Assembly (NCBI GenBank): GCA_963803825.1
Contig: CAWDOJ010000003.1
Span: 327,507 to 391,506 of the forward strand
Length of the DNA stretch: 64,000 nt
Direction: 5' to 3'
Source of the DNA: an uncultured Verrucomicrobiae bacterium
GTDB lineage: Bacteria > Verrucomicrobiota > Verrucomicrobiia > Chthoniobacterales > JAATET01
Position 1 is the first letter of the stretch. Each line of letters starts with the position of its first letter. The translations under genes were made by a program, and so were the position numbers. Below, one piece after another: positions 20,503-30,804 of the stretch. The notes under the pieces are model-generated. The model was given only the letters and a program-made list of their open reading frames with translations, had not been told where the DNA came from and searched no databases.

Positions 20503-20963
20503 GAGATTAGTTCTTCAGGGGTGCAGATTATCGGGAGTTCGTAGCCTAGCGAAGCTATTAAGTTTTGGAGAGGCTTTCGGATAGTCGCATTGGCGATATG
20601 CCGGCAATTCCAAGTGAGAAGTATATCCAGTTCATGGAAGGTAGCAACTGCGACATGCGCAGCGTCGCGTTCAGCTGCTGGGGGCAAGATCCTCGAATTC
20701 ATTGTTGCGGAAGTCGTCTTTTCAACTTCCGGCGTGATCTCCAAAAGAGGAATCCCCGCGAGGCTGTCGAGTCGGCGTTGAGCTGCGCTTGGGTCTCCCC
20801 CGGCAGCTTCTTGAATGGTAACCAAAGAAGTGTAGAGGTCGTGTTTGGATCGTTCGGTCGCCCACCAGTCTTTCGTTACCTGTTGATGAGCAATCTGGAC
20901 AATTTCCCAAGTCTTCTTGGCGGTGAGGTAACTTGGAATTGTTGTCTCGATGTAGATCCGCAT
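20499..20963 (-). CDS. PIN domain (VapC-like) toxin
   Basis: IYIETTIPSYL..E..DA.HVA.A....D.LLTWNC.H. Confidence 0.9.
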   Translation of the reverse strand: MRIYIETTIPSYLTAKKTWEIVQIAHQQVTKDWWATERSKHDLYTSLVTIQEAAGGDPSAAQRRLDSLAGIPLLEITPEVEKTTSATMNSRILPPAAERDAAHVAVATFHELDILLTWNCRHIANATIRKPLQNLIASLGYELPIICTPEELIS

Positions 20964-21125
20964 ATTATCGACTCGATGGGTCGAGTGCTTTCGTAATGTA
21001 TCTGAGCCCAACGTCAAGCTCAGCCACCCCGAACGGGCTTGCGAGCTACGGGTTGTGATCTACTGGAGGAAAACGGTGGAAGAAACGTAGCAGTGGAGCG
21101 GCTAGGGGTTGGCTGCAGCGCCTTG

Positions 21126-21593
21126 TTAGGTCTCATTTGTATTTCGCGATACCGCGACTCTATGACGAATGCCATCTTTAAATTCTCGGGCTTCTGTATG
21201 AACAGTATCACCGGGCTTTCCATCCCACTTCTCGTCATAAGGTATTATTTGAGGAAGAATTCTATAAACGTCGTCTTCGAGATGAATTGCTTCCACTGGC
21301 TTCCAGACATCGGTTCCTTCGTCGAGGAGTTGGATGAAGATCATAGTTGCTGTCTCAAAGTTGCCACTTATGGCGTTTGTATACTGGGGTTCTATCCAAA
21401 TTGAATCATCATATTGATGTGCGCTATCTTTACCGGTGGTGTCTACCCATAGTTCATACATCCCAGCTGCGTTCACTGACCGGACTACAAAGGTGCTCCC
21501 GATGATGCGATTGAAAAGTTGGAATGTGTTAAGCGAATCGTCCGGATCTCGTCGAATGCTTGGTGGAAGTGTTGTAACCGTGACTCGAAGCAT
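21126..21593 (-). CDS. Hypothetical protein, possibly two fused small domains
   Basis: Fills cassette; C-half IFIQLLDEGTDVWKPVEA. Confidence 0.7.
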   Translation of the reverse strand: MLRVTVTTLPPSIRRDPDDSLNTFQLFNRIIGSTFVVRSVNAAGMYELWVDTTGKDSAHQYDDSIWIEPQYTNAISGNFETATMIFIQLLDEGTDVWKPVEAIHLEDDVYRILPQIIPYDEKWDGKPGDTVHTEAREFKDGIRHRVAVSRNTNET

Positions 21594-21727
21594 CTTGTTT
21601 GTAATGACCTAACGTCAAGCTCAGCCACCCCGAACGGGCGATCGAGCAAAGCAGAGTGATCAACTGCCTGTGGCGGGTTCCTCAACCTCTAGGAGCGCAG
21701 CGGATAGGGGTTGGCTGCAGCGCCTTG

Positions 21728-22132
21728 TTAGGCATCAGAGTGTGGGTAAAGCCATTTGGCGGCAATGTAAAACAACCCGATGACGTTCACGGTGGTCGAT
21801 CCTATGAGCGCACAGATAACCACATCTGATATTGCCAAAACCGGGAGGCTAGTGTCGGGATGTCTAAGCCCTGAAAGATAGATGAAATAGAGGATAAATG
21901 ATAGCCATGCTACGACTAGCGCGAATAGTAGTGCTAAGCCGATAAGCCTGACGAAATGAATGATTTTTGTGCGTCCGTGAACTGACTTAAGCTCATTGAC
22001 CTCCTCTGTCAGGCGATCAATCTCCAGTGATTGCTTCTCATCTATCTCAGTATCTCGCGGCGCCGTGCCCTGAACTTGCTCGTTCTTGGAGGCTTTGAGG
22101 ATGTCGGCGGCTAGATCAACCGAAACGCTCAT
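21728..22132 (-). CDS. 2-TM protein, putative toxin partner of Panacea antitoxin
   Basis: ATGA overlap with upstream Panacea gene; coiled coil followed by 2 TM. Confidence 0.7.
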   Translation of the reverse strand: MSVSVDLAADILKASKNEQVQGTAPRDTEIDEKQSLEIDRLTEEVNELKSVHGRTKIIHFVRLIGLALLFALVVAWLSFILYFIYLSGLRHPDTSLPVLAISDVVICALIGSTTVNVIGLFYIAAKWLYPHSDA

Positions 22133-22591
22133 GCCTGAAGAAGCTTCCGGAAATGATCCTGAATATCGCTAATTTGGATGGTTGAATATCGCTCTTCGTC
22201 CCACGATTTCTTCCACGGGGTGCCATCAGCGTGCGTTCGGGCTGAAAGCTGCCCTCCGGTCATGTTACCGTAGGCATTCCAAACTCCCTGTATAAGCCCG
22301 AAAAAATTGGTTTCAGGTGGGATACTGTCTTCCGCATGAACTGTGGAAGTGACTGCTGCCGCCCCATATTTCTGTAATTTTTTATATAATTTTGGGTAGA
22401 CTGGCCCGAATTGCCACGCCTTCGCGTCGTTATAAATGAGCTTCACGATCTAGTAGGGCCAACGAATAGCCTTGAGCAAAATATACAAGCTTCTGTAGCT
22501 GCATGTTGCTCAAAGAACGCCCGCACTCGCTGGCAAGCTTGATGAAAACATTCGCAACAGCTTCCGCAGAATATTTTTTTGATATGATCAT
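22129..22591 (-). pseudogene. Panacea (DUF4065/SocA-like) antitoxin, frameshifted near 22443
   Basis: [13 protein letters not shown] in one frame; AWQFGPVYP.LY..LS..TH..GTPW in another. Confidence 0.85.
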
Positions 22592-22811
22592 TCGGTTGGG
22601 TTGTAACAGATGTGTCAAATGTATTGTTGTATTGCCTAACGTCAAGCTCAGCCACCCTGAGCTTGTATAGGGATTTGGCAAACGGAACAACTGCCTGTAG
22701 AGGGTTCGTCAACCCCAGCCGCGATAGCGGCTAGGGGTTGGCTGCAGCGCCTTGTTCGGCTGTATTTCTCTCAAACTTAGATGAAAGGTCGGAAAAGAAT
22801 AGCAGCGCTAG

Positions 22812-24034
22812 GGAAGCGCTGAACAAAACCTCCGACTTGCTGGTTCTGCGATTTGGCAAAAAATCGCCTCTGGGCAGCGGTCAAAGTCCGGCAAGTGATG
22901 GGCTTGGAAGGCGCGAGGACGAATGAATGGAGCAGAGATGCGGGTCGCAGGCAGTCCAAACTCCGTTTTGAAACGAAGTTTAGAGGGCCGGGAAGGTGTG
23001 GCGGGTGCGACCGGCGATGACCAAGTTTGCTAAAGCGAAGAGGGAGTAGAGTTGGGCGGTATTCTTCTCCAAGCCTCGGTATCGAACCTTCCGGTATTTG
23101 AAGAGGTTTTTGATCACGTGAAAGGGGTGTTCGACCAAGGACCGGACTTGGGCTTTGCGGCGCTCCCATTCCTTGAGAGCGTCTTTGTGGAGTCCCTCGG
23201 GCATGGCTTTGAGTTTTGAACGCTTGGCCGCCAGCAGCCACTCGGTATCAGCGAGGTCTTGGTTCTCCGGACGCTTGTCAGCTCCCAGGTAAGCGGCATC
23301 TCCGTGGACGCGCTTTTCCTGGCCATGGAGCAGGGAGCGGGTCTGGCTGATATCAGACACGTTGGCTGCGCTGCCCACGACGTGATGGACGAGTCCGCGC
23401 TGAGCGTCGACTCCCACGTGGGCTTTCATGCCGAAATACCACTGATTGCCCTTGCGGGTTTGATGCATGGCGGGATCACGCGCACCGGATCGGTTCTTCG
23501 TCGAGGACGGTGCCGCGATGATGGTCGCATCGATGATCGTGCCTTCCCGCAGACTGGATTGCCGGATTTGGAGGTGTTCACCGATCTGTTCGAAAATCGC
23601 TCGGGTCAGCTCGAAACGCTCGAGCAGATGCCGGAAATGCAGCAGCGTCGTCGCGTCGGGAACACTCTCACGACTCAGATCAATGCCCGCAAAGTTGCGC
23701 ATCGCCTGACTGTCGTAGATGGCATCCTCCAGAGCCTCGTCGGCTAACCCATACCACTGCGAGAGAAAGTAGATCCGCAGCATTTTCTCAATCCCCATCG
23801 GGGGCCGACCGCGCTTGCCCTTGGGATAATGCGGCTCGATCAAGCCCACCAGCGCCGCCCACGGAACCACTTCCTCCATCTGGGCCAGAAACTTCTCCCG
23901 CCGCGTGACCTTCTTCTTGGCCGAATACTCCACCGCTCCAAAGCTCATCTGACTTTCCATTTCCTCTCTTTATCAAATCTACCCGATAATCGGGAGTGTA
24001 ATGTGCTCACGTCTCGGGTTAAATCAGCGTTTCT
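22812..24034 (-). mobile_element. IS5-family IS, copy 1 (1223 bp)
   Basis: TIR GGAAGCGCTGA/TCAGCGTTTCT; TSD CTAG. Confidence 0.95.
22980..23960 (-). CDS. IS5 family transposase
   Basis: TRRE.FL.QME.VVPW, DATII, GMKAH.G.D, R..VEHPF. Confidence 0.95.
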   Translation of the reverse strand: MESQMSFGAVEYSAKKKVTRREKFLAQMEEVVPWAALVGLIEPHYPKGKRGRPPMGIEKMLRIYFLSQWYGLADEALEDAIYDSQAMRNFAGIDLSRESVPDATTLLHFRHLLERFELTRAIFEQIGEHLQIRQSSLREGTIIDATIIAAPSSTKNRSGARDPAMHQTRKGNQWYFGMKAHVGVDAQRGLVHHVVGSAANVSDISQTRSLLHGQEKRVHGDAAYLGADKRPENQDLADTEWLLAAKRSKLKAMPEGLHKDALKEWERRKAQVRSLVEHPFHVIKNLFKYRKVRYRGLEKNTAQLYSLFALANLVIAGRTRHTFPAL

Positions 24035-24604
24035 CTAGGATGGCTCCGGAAATTCCTGATGATAACATGTCGAGCAGCATGACCGGTGCTGAGATGATAT
24101 CATAGGAGATCGTGAAAAATAACGGAAGCGTGCTCACTAGCATGAACACATAGAGAGTCCTCGCATATTGGCGGAGCATCCAAAGACGGATCCAAGCCAA
24201 TGTTGATCCTATTAGAATAAAAAAGGCATAAGGGATCGATATAAATTCCGGGATTTCGTGCTCATATATCGGCGCATCGTAGGCTTGGGTTTTTAGATCG
24301 GGTGATAGCCAGGGGTCGCCTAATGCTCCAAGGAATAGGTAGACCACAATCAAAGTGCATTCTGATGAGATCAGTATCCGGAGGACTGTTTTTGTCTTCA
24401 TACTGAACCTGGAAGGATTGAACAGATTCAAATAGTGCCGCGCAAATCAATGTCATTCGTTGCACGCTTCTGTATTAAGCCGAACGTCAAGCTCAGCCAC
24501 CCTGAACGGGCGATCTGAGACTACTGGTGATCAACTGCCGGTGGCGGGTCCGCGCAACCCCAGGAGCGAAGCGGATAGGGGTTGGCTGCAGCGCCTTGTT
24601 CGGT

Positions 24605-25051
24605 CTATCCGCAGAGGAGAGCGGCTTTCGAACCCAGTAAGGCGAAAAGAGATAGGATTGAGATGAGACAAAGCCCATAAAAAGCCCCGCGGTGAATAGC
24701 GGGTGGTCTTATGGAGCCTTGTATACGATCATCCTTCTCAGAAAGGATATGATTGTTGCCATTCTCTCTCAGGATCTTCTCCATCAGATCAGCGCGAGAA
24801 TCATAAGCATTTTTCTCTCCATAAAGCGCGACCACTCCCAATACAATACATAGAGCTAAACCTGATAGGGCAATAAGCGCCAGCCAAGATGAAACAGAAT
24901 TTGAAGAAATTAACTCTTGTTGAGGGGCTGATAAACCGAGCATTCCGGCACACAGAGCTGTCAGGAATTGAACAAATTTATAGTGAGGTTCAACAGCTCG
25001 AGCTCGCAAATCGATAATCTTCTGACCGTAATATGGCAGACTGGAACTCAT
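24605..25051 (-). CDS. Membrane hypothetical protein
   Basis: Fills cassette; 3 TM. Confidence 0.75.
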   Translation of the reverse strand: MSSSLPYYGQKIIDLRARAVEPHYKFVQFLTALCAGMLGLSAPQQELISSNSVSSWLALIALSGLALCIVLGVVALYGEKNAYDSRADLMEKILRENGNNHILSEKDDRIQGSIRPPAIHRGAFYGLCLISILSLFALLGSKAALLCG

Positions 25052-25201
25052 ATCTAATTCGAATTGTTATTTGACCGAACGTCAAGCTCAGCCACCCTGA
25101 GCGGGCAATCAAGCCAACCCTGAGGTGAGCTGCCGGTAGCGGGACCGAGCAACCCCAGCCAGCGAAGCGGCTAGGGGTTGGCTGCAGCGCCTTGTTGGGC
25201 C

Positions 25202-25435
25202 TCAGGCGACTGCGAGTTGGACTTTCAAAGTATGACCACGGGTATGAAGCGGAATAATTTGGTCGGTGGAAAGAGTATGGAGACCATAAACATCACCATC
25301 ATCATCACAGAATTCGACCTCATATGCGTCGTCAAGTAGTTCAACGACAGCACCTACTTCCCCGGCTTGAAGCCCGAGGATCGGAAGATCGTCGGTGACT
25401 GCAACTGTATCCAAGAGAGCTATAGTCCGATTCAT
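25202..25435 (-). CDS. DUF4926 protein
   Basis: LLDTVA..GL..G.VGAVVE..AYEVEF.D.DG. Confidence 0.85.
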   Translation of the reverse strand: MNRTIALLDTVAVTDDLPILGLQAGEVGAVVELLDDAYEVEFCDDDGDVYGLHTLSTDQIIPLHTRGHTLKVQLAVA

Positions 25436-25437
25436 AT

Positions 25438-25776
25438 CTATCTGCGTAGCACGTAAGCCGTCGTCAGTCGAGGGAAGTTCTCACCAGTCCTGATCATCCA
25501 TGCTGTGCGTATGTTGGCCGACTGGCTGGAATGGAAAATTTGCATGTCGATCTCGAACCGCTGACCGTGCATGTCAGATTTGCCGGCGATTGCCGACGAT
25601 GTTGGGAGAGAAGAGAATATTGTGTCTCGTAGCCATTCAGTGTGCTCTGGTAAGAGACCGAGCGCTGATGCAAAGACGCGTGCTTTGTGACGTCCTACCG
25701 GATGAAGTGGCGATAGGCTGTAATCGCGGAGCTTCTGGATATCGATGAATGCATTGTTCAGATTCGGTAAGCGCAT
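25438..25776 (-). CDS. DUF6883-like protein
   Basis: KL.DYSL.P.HP.GRHKARVF.SALG..PRLTTAYV. Confidence 0.85.
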   Translation of the reverse strand: MRLPNLNNAFIDIQKLRDYSLSPLHPVGRHKARVFASALGLLPEHTEWLRDTIFSSLPTSSAIAGKSDMHGQRFEIDMQIFHSSQSANIRTAWMIRTGENFPRLTTAYVLRR

Positions 25777-25927
25777 GACAAGGAGGCGCCATATATGTCT
25801 ATCAATGGCCCAACGTCAAGCTCAGCCACCATGAGCTTGGATAAGGATTTGGCGAACGGAGCAACTGCTTGTGGCGGGTTCCTCAACCCCAGCCGCGATA
25901 GCGGCTAGGGGTTGGCTGCAGCGCCTT

Positions 25928-26200
25928 GTTCGGATCCGCCTGTCCGTGGTCCGGCTCAGCGTCTTATTTGAAGGTATTAGTTGTTTATGAATTGAGTTAA
26001 TTAGAACTGCCTTGATGCTCTACAGTAGCCAAAACTCAACTAGTGTTTGATAGCCAGACCGTATATTTCCGCTTGGCTTCCGCATTCGCGGACCATTCTC
26101 TTTGTGCGGCGAGCGAGGATACGCGACTCGAACAAAAGCAACTTCGGCGGCTCTTTGCAGTTTGGTGGGAATCTCGCAGTCGATGGGGATAGGTCCGAAC
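25928..26200 (-). other. Gene-less cassette, family B copy 2
   Basis: 273 bp homolog. Confidence 0.8.
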
Positions 26201-26313
26201 GTCAAGCTCAGCCACCCTGAGCGGGTGACCGAGCCAACCCTGAGGTGAGCTGCCAGTAGAGGGTCCGAGCAATCCCAGCCAGCGAAGCGGCTAGGGGTTG
26301 GCTGCAGCGCCTT

Positions 26314-26707
26314 GTTAGACTCGTATTGCCTTTTTCCGTTTCTCGATGCTTCTGTTTTCTAAGTATAATTGTGTGAGGTGAAGCTGTATCAGATGTCGCG
26401 ATGGTGGAAGAGTTAAGTTCAGTGAGCCAGTGGCATTAGTCCTGATTGGATGAAGTACGCAAAATTACCTAAAAAATTCGAGTGCTGCGCACAAAATATG
26501 AGTTCGCCTTCGGATCACTTTTAATAACCGTTCTCGCTTCGCTCGACTTTGAATTCAAGCCACTCAGTGATTTCATCCACCGGAGGTCTGGCTATCGATA
26601 CAAAATCCCCAGGCTCAGTAGCAAATGTTCGGCTCGGCATGAGCGCTTCATGCATCTCATTATTTCATCCACCGGAGGTCGTTATGAATTTTGTATAGGA
26701 GTCTAAC
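26314..26707 (-). other. Gene-less cassette, family A copy 4
   Basis: 394 bp homolog. Confidence 0.8.
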
Positions 26708-26796
26708 GTCTAGCTCAGCCACCCTGAACGGGTGATCGAACTACGGGTTGTGATCTACTGGAGACAGACCGTGGATAAAAGCTGGCAGTGGATCGG

Positions 26797-27342
26797 CTAG
26801 GGGTTGGCTGCAGCGCCTTGTTCGGCCTCATTTGTAGTTTTCGCATACAAAAGCTGATCGAGAATCTCACCATTCTTCAAAACACTCTTGCGCATACGTC
26901 CTTCGAATAGGAATTTGTTCTTTTCGAGCGCTCTCGCGGATGCAGGATTGTTCGCGTAAGGGACAGCAAATACGCGCGACAGGTTGAATGCGGAAAAGAG
27001 ATAGTCGGTAAAGGCACCGACTGCTTCGCTCATGATTCCGTTTCCCCGATGTGGCTTACCAAGCCAATATCCAATCTCGGCAGTCAGACGATGAACATCT
27101 CTCTGAATATCAGCGGAAATGTTTCCGCAGGCTTTGCCGTTGACCGTTATCGCGAGAGTGGTGAGGCGATCCGCCCTTATAATGCGCTCGAGATAAAATT
27201 GCGCGTCTGAAAAAGTATATGGATGCGGGAAGAAGTCTCGTAGATGCAACCAGATATCTCGATCATTTGCGTTTTCTGCAAGTGACTCAGCGTCTTCTAG
27301 ATTCCATGGCCGAAGAACGCAATGGGTGAGCGTAAATTTCAT
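26797..27342 (-). CDS. GNAT acetyltransferase, RimJ/RimL type
   Basis: AEIGYWLG..HRG.GIMSEA..NPAS.R.LEK..F.FEG. Confidence 0.92.
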   Translation of the reverse strand: MKFTLTHCVLRPWNLEDAESLAENANDRDIWLHLRDFFPHPYTFSDAQFYLERIIRADRLTTLAITVNGKACGNISADIQRDVHRLTAEIGYWLGKPHRGNGIMSEAVGAFTDYLFSAFNLSRVFAVPYANNPASARALEKNKFLFEGRMRKSVLKNGEILDQLLYAKTTNEAEQGAAANP

Positions 27343-27585
27343 AATTTCAGGGCCGAACGTCAAGCTCAGCCACCCTGAACGCGGTTACGAGTTTGGCGTC
27401 GCCTACTGCTGCAGGACGGGCGTCCGAGCAACCCTAGCCGCGAAGCGGGTAAGGGTTGGCTGCAGCGCCTTGTTAGGTCCGTATTTATCCTTTGGTGAGT
27501 GCGAAAGCTTTGCATCTGCACGGATCGTCAAATTTTAGAAACTAATATGATAATCGAATCTGCCCACATTAGATCCGCGTAAGTG

Positions 27586-27876
27586 TCATACTCTGAATGC
27601 ATCAGGAATATATCCGAATCCTGCAAGCGATGAGAGGAATATCAGCAATAGGTGCATCCCGGTGATCTGTCGGTGTAATCTTGGAAGGAGGAACGCAGCA
27701 ATCGAACAACCAAGTCCCAATACTATCCCGGGAATGAGTATAATCCAAAGCCAAAGCAAAAAGACAAATTCGAAATTCTCGATCCCGAATTCACCGGGTA
27801 TAATGATGCATGCAATTGTTCCAGTGACCAGTCCTGCAAGGGGAACGGTTGCTGCTGCAAATTGATTGAATTTCAC
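27586..27876 (-). CDS. Small 3-TM protein
   Basis: Hydrophobic ORF at cassette start. Confidence 0.65.
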   Translation of the reverse strand: MKFNQFAAATVPLAGLVTGTIACIIIPGEFGIENFEFVFLLWLWIILIPGIVLGLGCSIAAFLLPRLHRQITGMHLLLIFLSSLAGFGYIPDAFRV

Positions 27877-28017
27877 GGATATTGATATGACCTAACGTCA
27901 AGCTCAGCCACCCTGAACGGATGACCGAGCCAACCTTGAGGTGAGCTGCCAATAGCGGGACCGAGCAACCCCAGCCAGCGAAGCGGCTAGGGGTTGGCTG
28001 CAGCGCCTTGTTGGGCC

Positions 28018-28251
28018 TCAGGCGGTTGCAAGCTGAACCTTCAAAGTATGGCCTCGGGTATGAAGCGGGATGATCTGGTCCGAGGAAAGAGTATGAAGAC
28101 CATAAACGTTGCCCACGTCATCGCAAAATTCGACTTCGTAGGCATCATTGAGTAGTTCAACAACGGCACCGATCTCCCCAGCTTGGAGTCCAAGAATCGG
28201 GAGGTCGTCGCTGACCGCGACTGTATCCAAGAGGGCTATGGTCCGGGTCAT
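28018..28251 (-). CDS. DUF4926 protein
   Basis: As 25202. Confidence 0.85.
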   Translation of the reverse strand: MTRTIALLDTVAVSDDLPILGLQAGEIGAVVELLNDAYEVEFCDDVGNVYGLHTLSSDQIIPLHTRGHTLKVQLATA

Positions 28252-28252
28252 G

Positions 28253-28591
28253 CTATTTTCGTAACACGTAAGCGGTTGTCAGTCGAGGAAAGTTCTCGTG
28301 AGTTCTGATCATCCACGCAGTCCGTATGGTGGCTGATTGGCGGGAACGAGTGACGAGCACATCGATGTAGAATCGCTGACCATGCATATCTGATTTTCCG
28401 GAAACTGTCGAAGATGATGGCAGAGAAGCGTATATCTGATCCCGTAACCACTCAGCGTCTACCGCGTGGAGACCAAGTGCCGATGCAAAAACGCGTGCTT
28501 TGTGGCGTCCTACCGGATGAAGCGGCGACAAACTGTATTCCCGAAGCTTCTGGATATCGATGAGGGCATTCTGCAGATTCGGTAGACGCAC
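28253..28591 (-). CDS. DUF6883-like protein
   Basis: As 25438. Confidence 0.85.
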   Translation of the reverse strand: MRLPNLQNALIDIQKLREYSLSPLHPVGRHKARVFASALGLHAVDAEWLRDQIYASLPSSSTVSGKSDMHGQRFYIDVLVTRSRQSATIRTAWMIRTHENFPRLTTAYVLRK

Positions 28592-28637
28592 GAGAAAGTG
28601 GCACCCTGTATTACTTATTTAGGGCCGAACGTCAAGC

Positions 28638-29369
28638 TCAGCCACCCTGAACGGTGGTTCGGATTTGACTGGTGATCAACTGCCCGTGGCGGGTGGCGCA
28701 ACCCAGCCGCGCAGCGGCTAAGGGTTGGCTGCAGCGCCTTGTTAGCCTGTATTTTGCAACGGCTAGGATAGCCATGAATGATAACGCAGATATAAGGAGA
28801 ATCGTGATACTTGGCTCGGGAATCGATGCCGTCTCGAAGGAAGTGATCGCAAAACTAGCTGAATTGCCTCCGCGGTCTGACATCGTAATAAATGCAGTGT
28901 CTGCCATTGGGAAATCTAAAGTCTGGATTGATGAGAGATCGCGACCGGATATAACTGAGTCACCTTGAAAACGAATTGTAAAAAATGCGGACGATCCGTC
29001 AAATGGTGCGATGTTGATAACGGAACTGGTGGTTGCATCGAAATCGAAATTCACGAGATCCCGGCCAGGATTACGGTCAATTAGCGATATTCTTGGTTGA
29101 GACCCTTGAGATGCGGTTGCCGTCCAATCGACTGAATTTGTTGAAAATGTAAAATTCGCTGGAACAAAATAATCTTGAAATCCAGATGCGCCAGATGCTG
29201 TAGGGCTATCATCAAAAGTAATACTCCAGTCCGCAGTCGTCGATGTCGGAAATCCAAAGTTGCTTCCAGAGGAGGTTAGCGTTGCGGTGCCAAAGACGAG
29301 GAGTGATCCTGCGTGCAAGCCAAATGTTGACCAGATCAGAACAAGCGCGAAAGTTGATTGTGTTTTCAT
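28638..29369 (-). CDS. PEP-CTERM sorting domain surface protein
   Basis: Signal peptide, Ser/Thr-rich body, IPEPS + TM + basic residues; reads on through attC. Confidence 0.85.
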   Translation of the reverse strand: MKTQSTFALVLIWSTFGLHAGSLLVFGTATLTSSGSNFGFPTSTTADWSITFDDSPTASGASGFQDYFVPANFTFSTNSVDWTATASQGSQPRISLIDRNPGRDLVNFDFDATTSSVINIAPFDGSSAFFTIRFQGDSVISGRDLSSIQTLDFPMADTAFITMSDRGGNSASFAITSFETASIPEPSITILLISALSFMAILAVAKYRLTRRCSQPLAAARLGCATRHGQLITSQIRTTVQGG

Positions 29370-29511
29370 TGTATAAAAGGCTAACGTCAAGCTCAGCCAC
29401 CCCGAACGGGCAACCGGAAACTACTGGTGATCGACTGCTGGTAAGAGGTCCGCGCAACCCCGAGAGCGAAGCGGCTAGGGGTTGGCTGCAGCGCCTTGTT
29501 CGGCATCACTG

Positions 29512-29997
29512 CTATTCAATATAGTCCTTCGACCAACGGCTGACGACAAACCTCGTTCTTGTTCGTCGAGCAGGCGACCCTGAGTCGATTGCTGTCACGT
29601 AGACGCGCACCTTTCGACCGGGCTTTGCGTTCTTCAAGGTTGCGCGGTAAACGAACTTCTGGATCACGGTCGATCCTCTTTTGATTGTTCTAGCGCGTTG
29701 CTTCTCGTTCTTCGCGGAAAGGACGGGATTTCCGCTAGTGAGTGCATTTGTCGTCGTGTAGATCCCGCCGCCAGCGTATGGCACGCCCTGAATGTTAAAG
29801 AGTTTCGTGGTGCCCTTGATAAGGAGCTTGCCGTTCCGAAGCGACAGAGATGTTATTGTTATCTCAGGTTGTCGCGAGGGAACGACGGGCGGTAAAGGAA
29901 ATTCCTTATATTGTGCTATGCCCGCGTTGGTTATAAATGCGGTCATCGCTACGAATGTTAAACGGACCGAAAGGCGAAAGTTTGTGTAGTTATTCAT
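29512..29997 (-). CDS. Secreted basic hypothetical protein
   Basis: Fills cassette. Confidence 0.7.
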   Translation of the reverse strand: MNNYTNFRLSVRLTFVAMTAFITNAGIAQYKEFPLPPVVPSRQPEITITSLSLRNGKLLIKGTTKLFNIQGVPYAGGGIYTTTNALTSGNPVLSAKNEKQRARTIKRGSTVIQKFVYRATLKNAKPGRKVRVYVTAIDSGSPARRTRTRFVVSRWSKDYIE

Positions 29998-30144
29998 GCT
30001 TTTGGGAGCTATCAGCTATAAATTGCCGAACGTCAAGCTCAGTCACCCCGAACGGGCGGCCGAAATGCTGGTTGTGATCATCTGCGATCTTGTCGTCCGC
30101 CAACCCCGAGAGCGAAGCGGCTAGGGGTTGACTGCAGCGCCTTG

Positions 30145-30702
30145 TTAGAACTTATTTGTTTTCCTATCAAAGCTTGAGTTCAAATTGGAAAGCCACAAAA
30201 ACACTGATGTGGCTTCGTCGAGAATGCTCTGCAAAAGATCATTGGAGAGTTCCTGTGTTTTACGATCTCCTTCAAAATAATGCAGAATGCAAGATCCACT
30301 TGCGCCATCCACGACAAGCTCTCCATGAGCGAAGGCGTTTCGATAACTAATGAGACTTTTTAATTCCTTGATTCTGGATGTCTCTTTTGAAGCTTCGGAG
30401 AGATTCTTCCATTCTGATTCAGAGTCAATCGCTGCTCGAATCAATTTCCATTTTTGAAAGAAACCGAAAGCCTCGGTCGTGAGTACGTGTGATTTGAATC
30501 GATCCCGCCGTGTATGGTCGTCCCCTATAATGAAGTCACAAAGGACCTCATTAAGTTCGAGCTCAACAATTGTTGCGGCCTCAATCACTTCGGCGCGATA
30601 TGATTTGGCGTTTGTGTATGCCTCAGAAATCTGCTCGCTGGAGGCTTCGCCAAGATGCAACGGATTCTTAATGCGGAACATGTTGAATCTGATGGCATTC
30701 AT
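30145..30702 (-). CDS. Putative HEPN-domain protein
   Basis: Helical; upstream E motif and RNAFAH (Rx4H). Confidence 0.65.
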   Translation of the reverse strand: MNAIRFNMFRIKNPLHLGEASSEQISEAYTNAKSYRAEVIEAATIVELELNEVLCDFIIGDDHTRRDRFKSHVLTTEAFGFFQKWKLIRAAIDSESEWKNLSEASKETSRIKELKSLISYRNAFAHGELVVDGASGSCILHYFEGDRKTQELSNDLLQSILDEATSVFLWLSNLNSSFDRKTNKF

Positions 30703-30804
30703 TATTGTTCTAACGTCAAGCTCAGCCACCCTGAGCGGGCAACCGAGCCAACCCTGAGGTGAGCTGCCGGTAGCGGGACCGAGCAACCCCAGCCGGCGAA
30801 GCGG

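Larger units (their letters stand above)
22731..24431 (-). pseudogene. Copy of 16390-16863 interrupted by IS5
   Basis: Near-identical sequence on either side of the IS. Confidence 0.95.
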
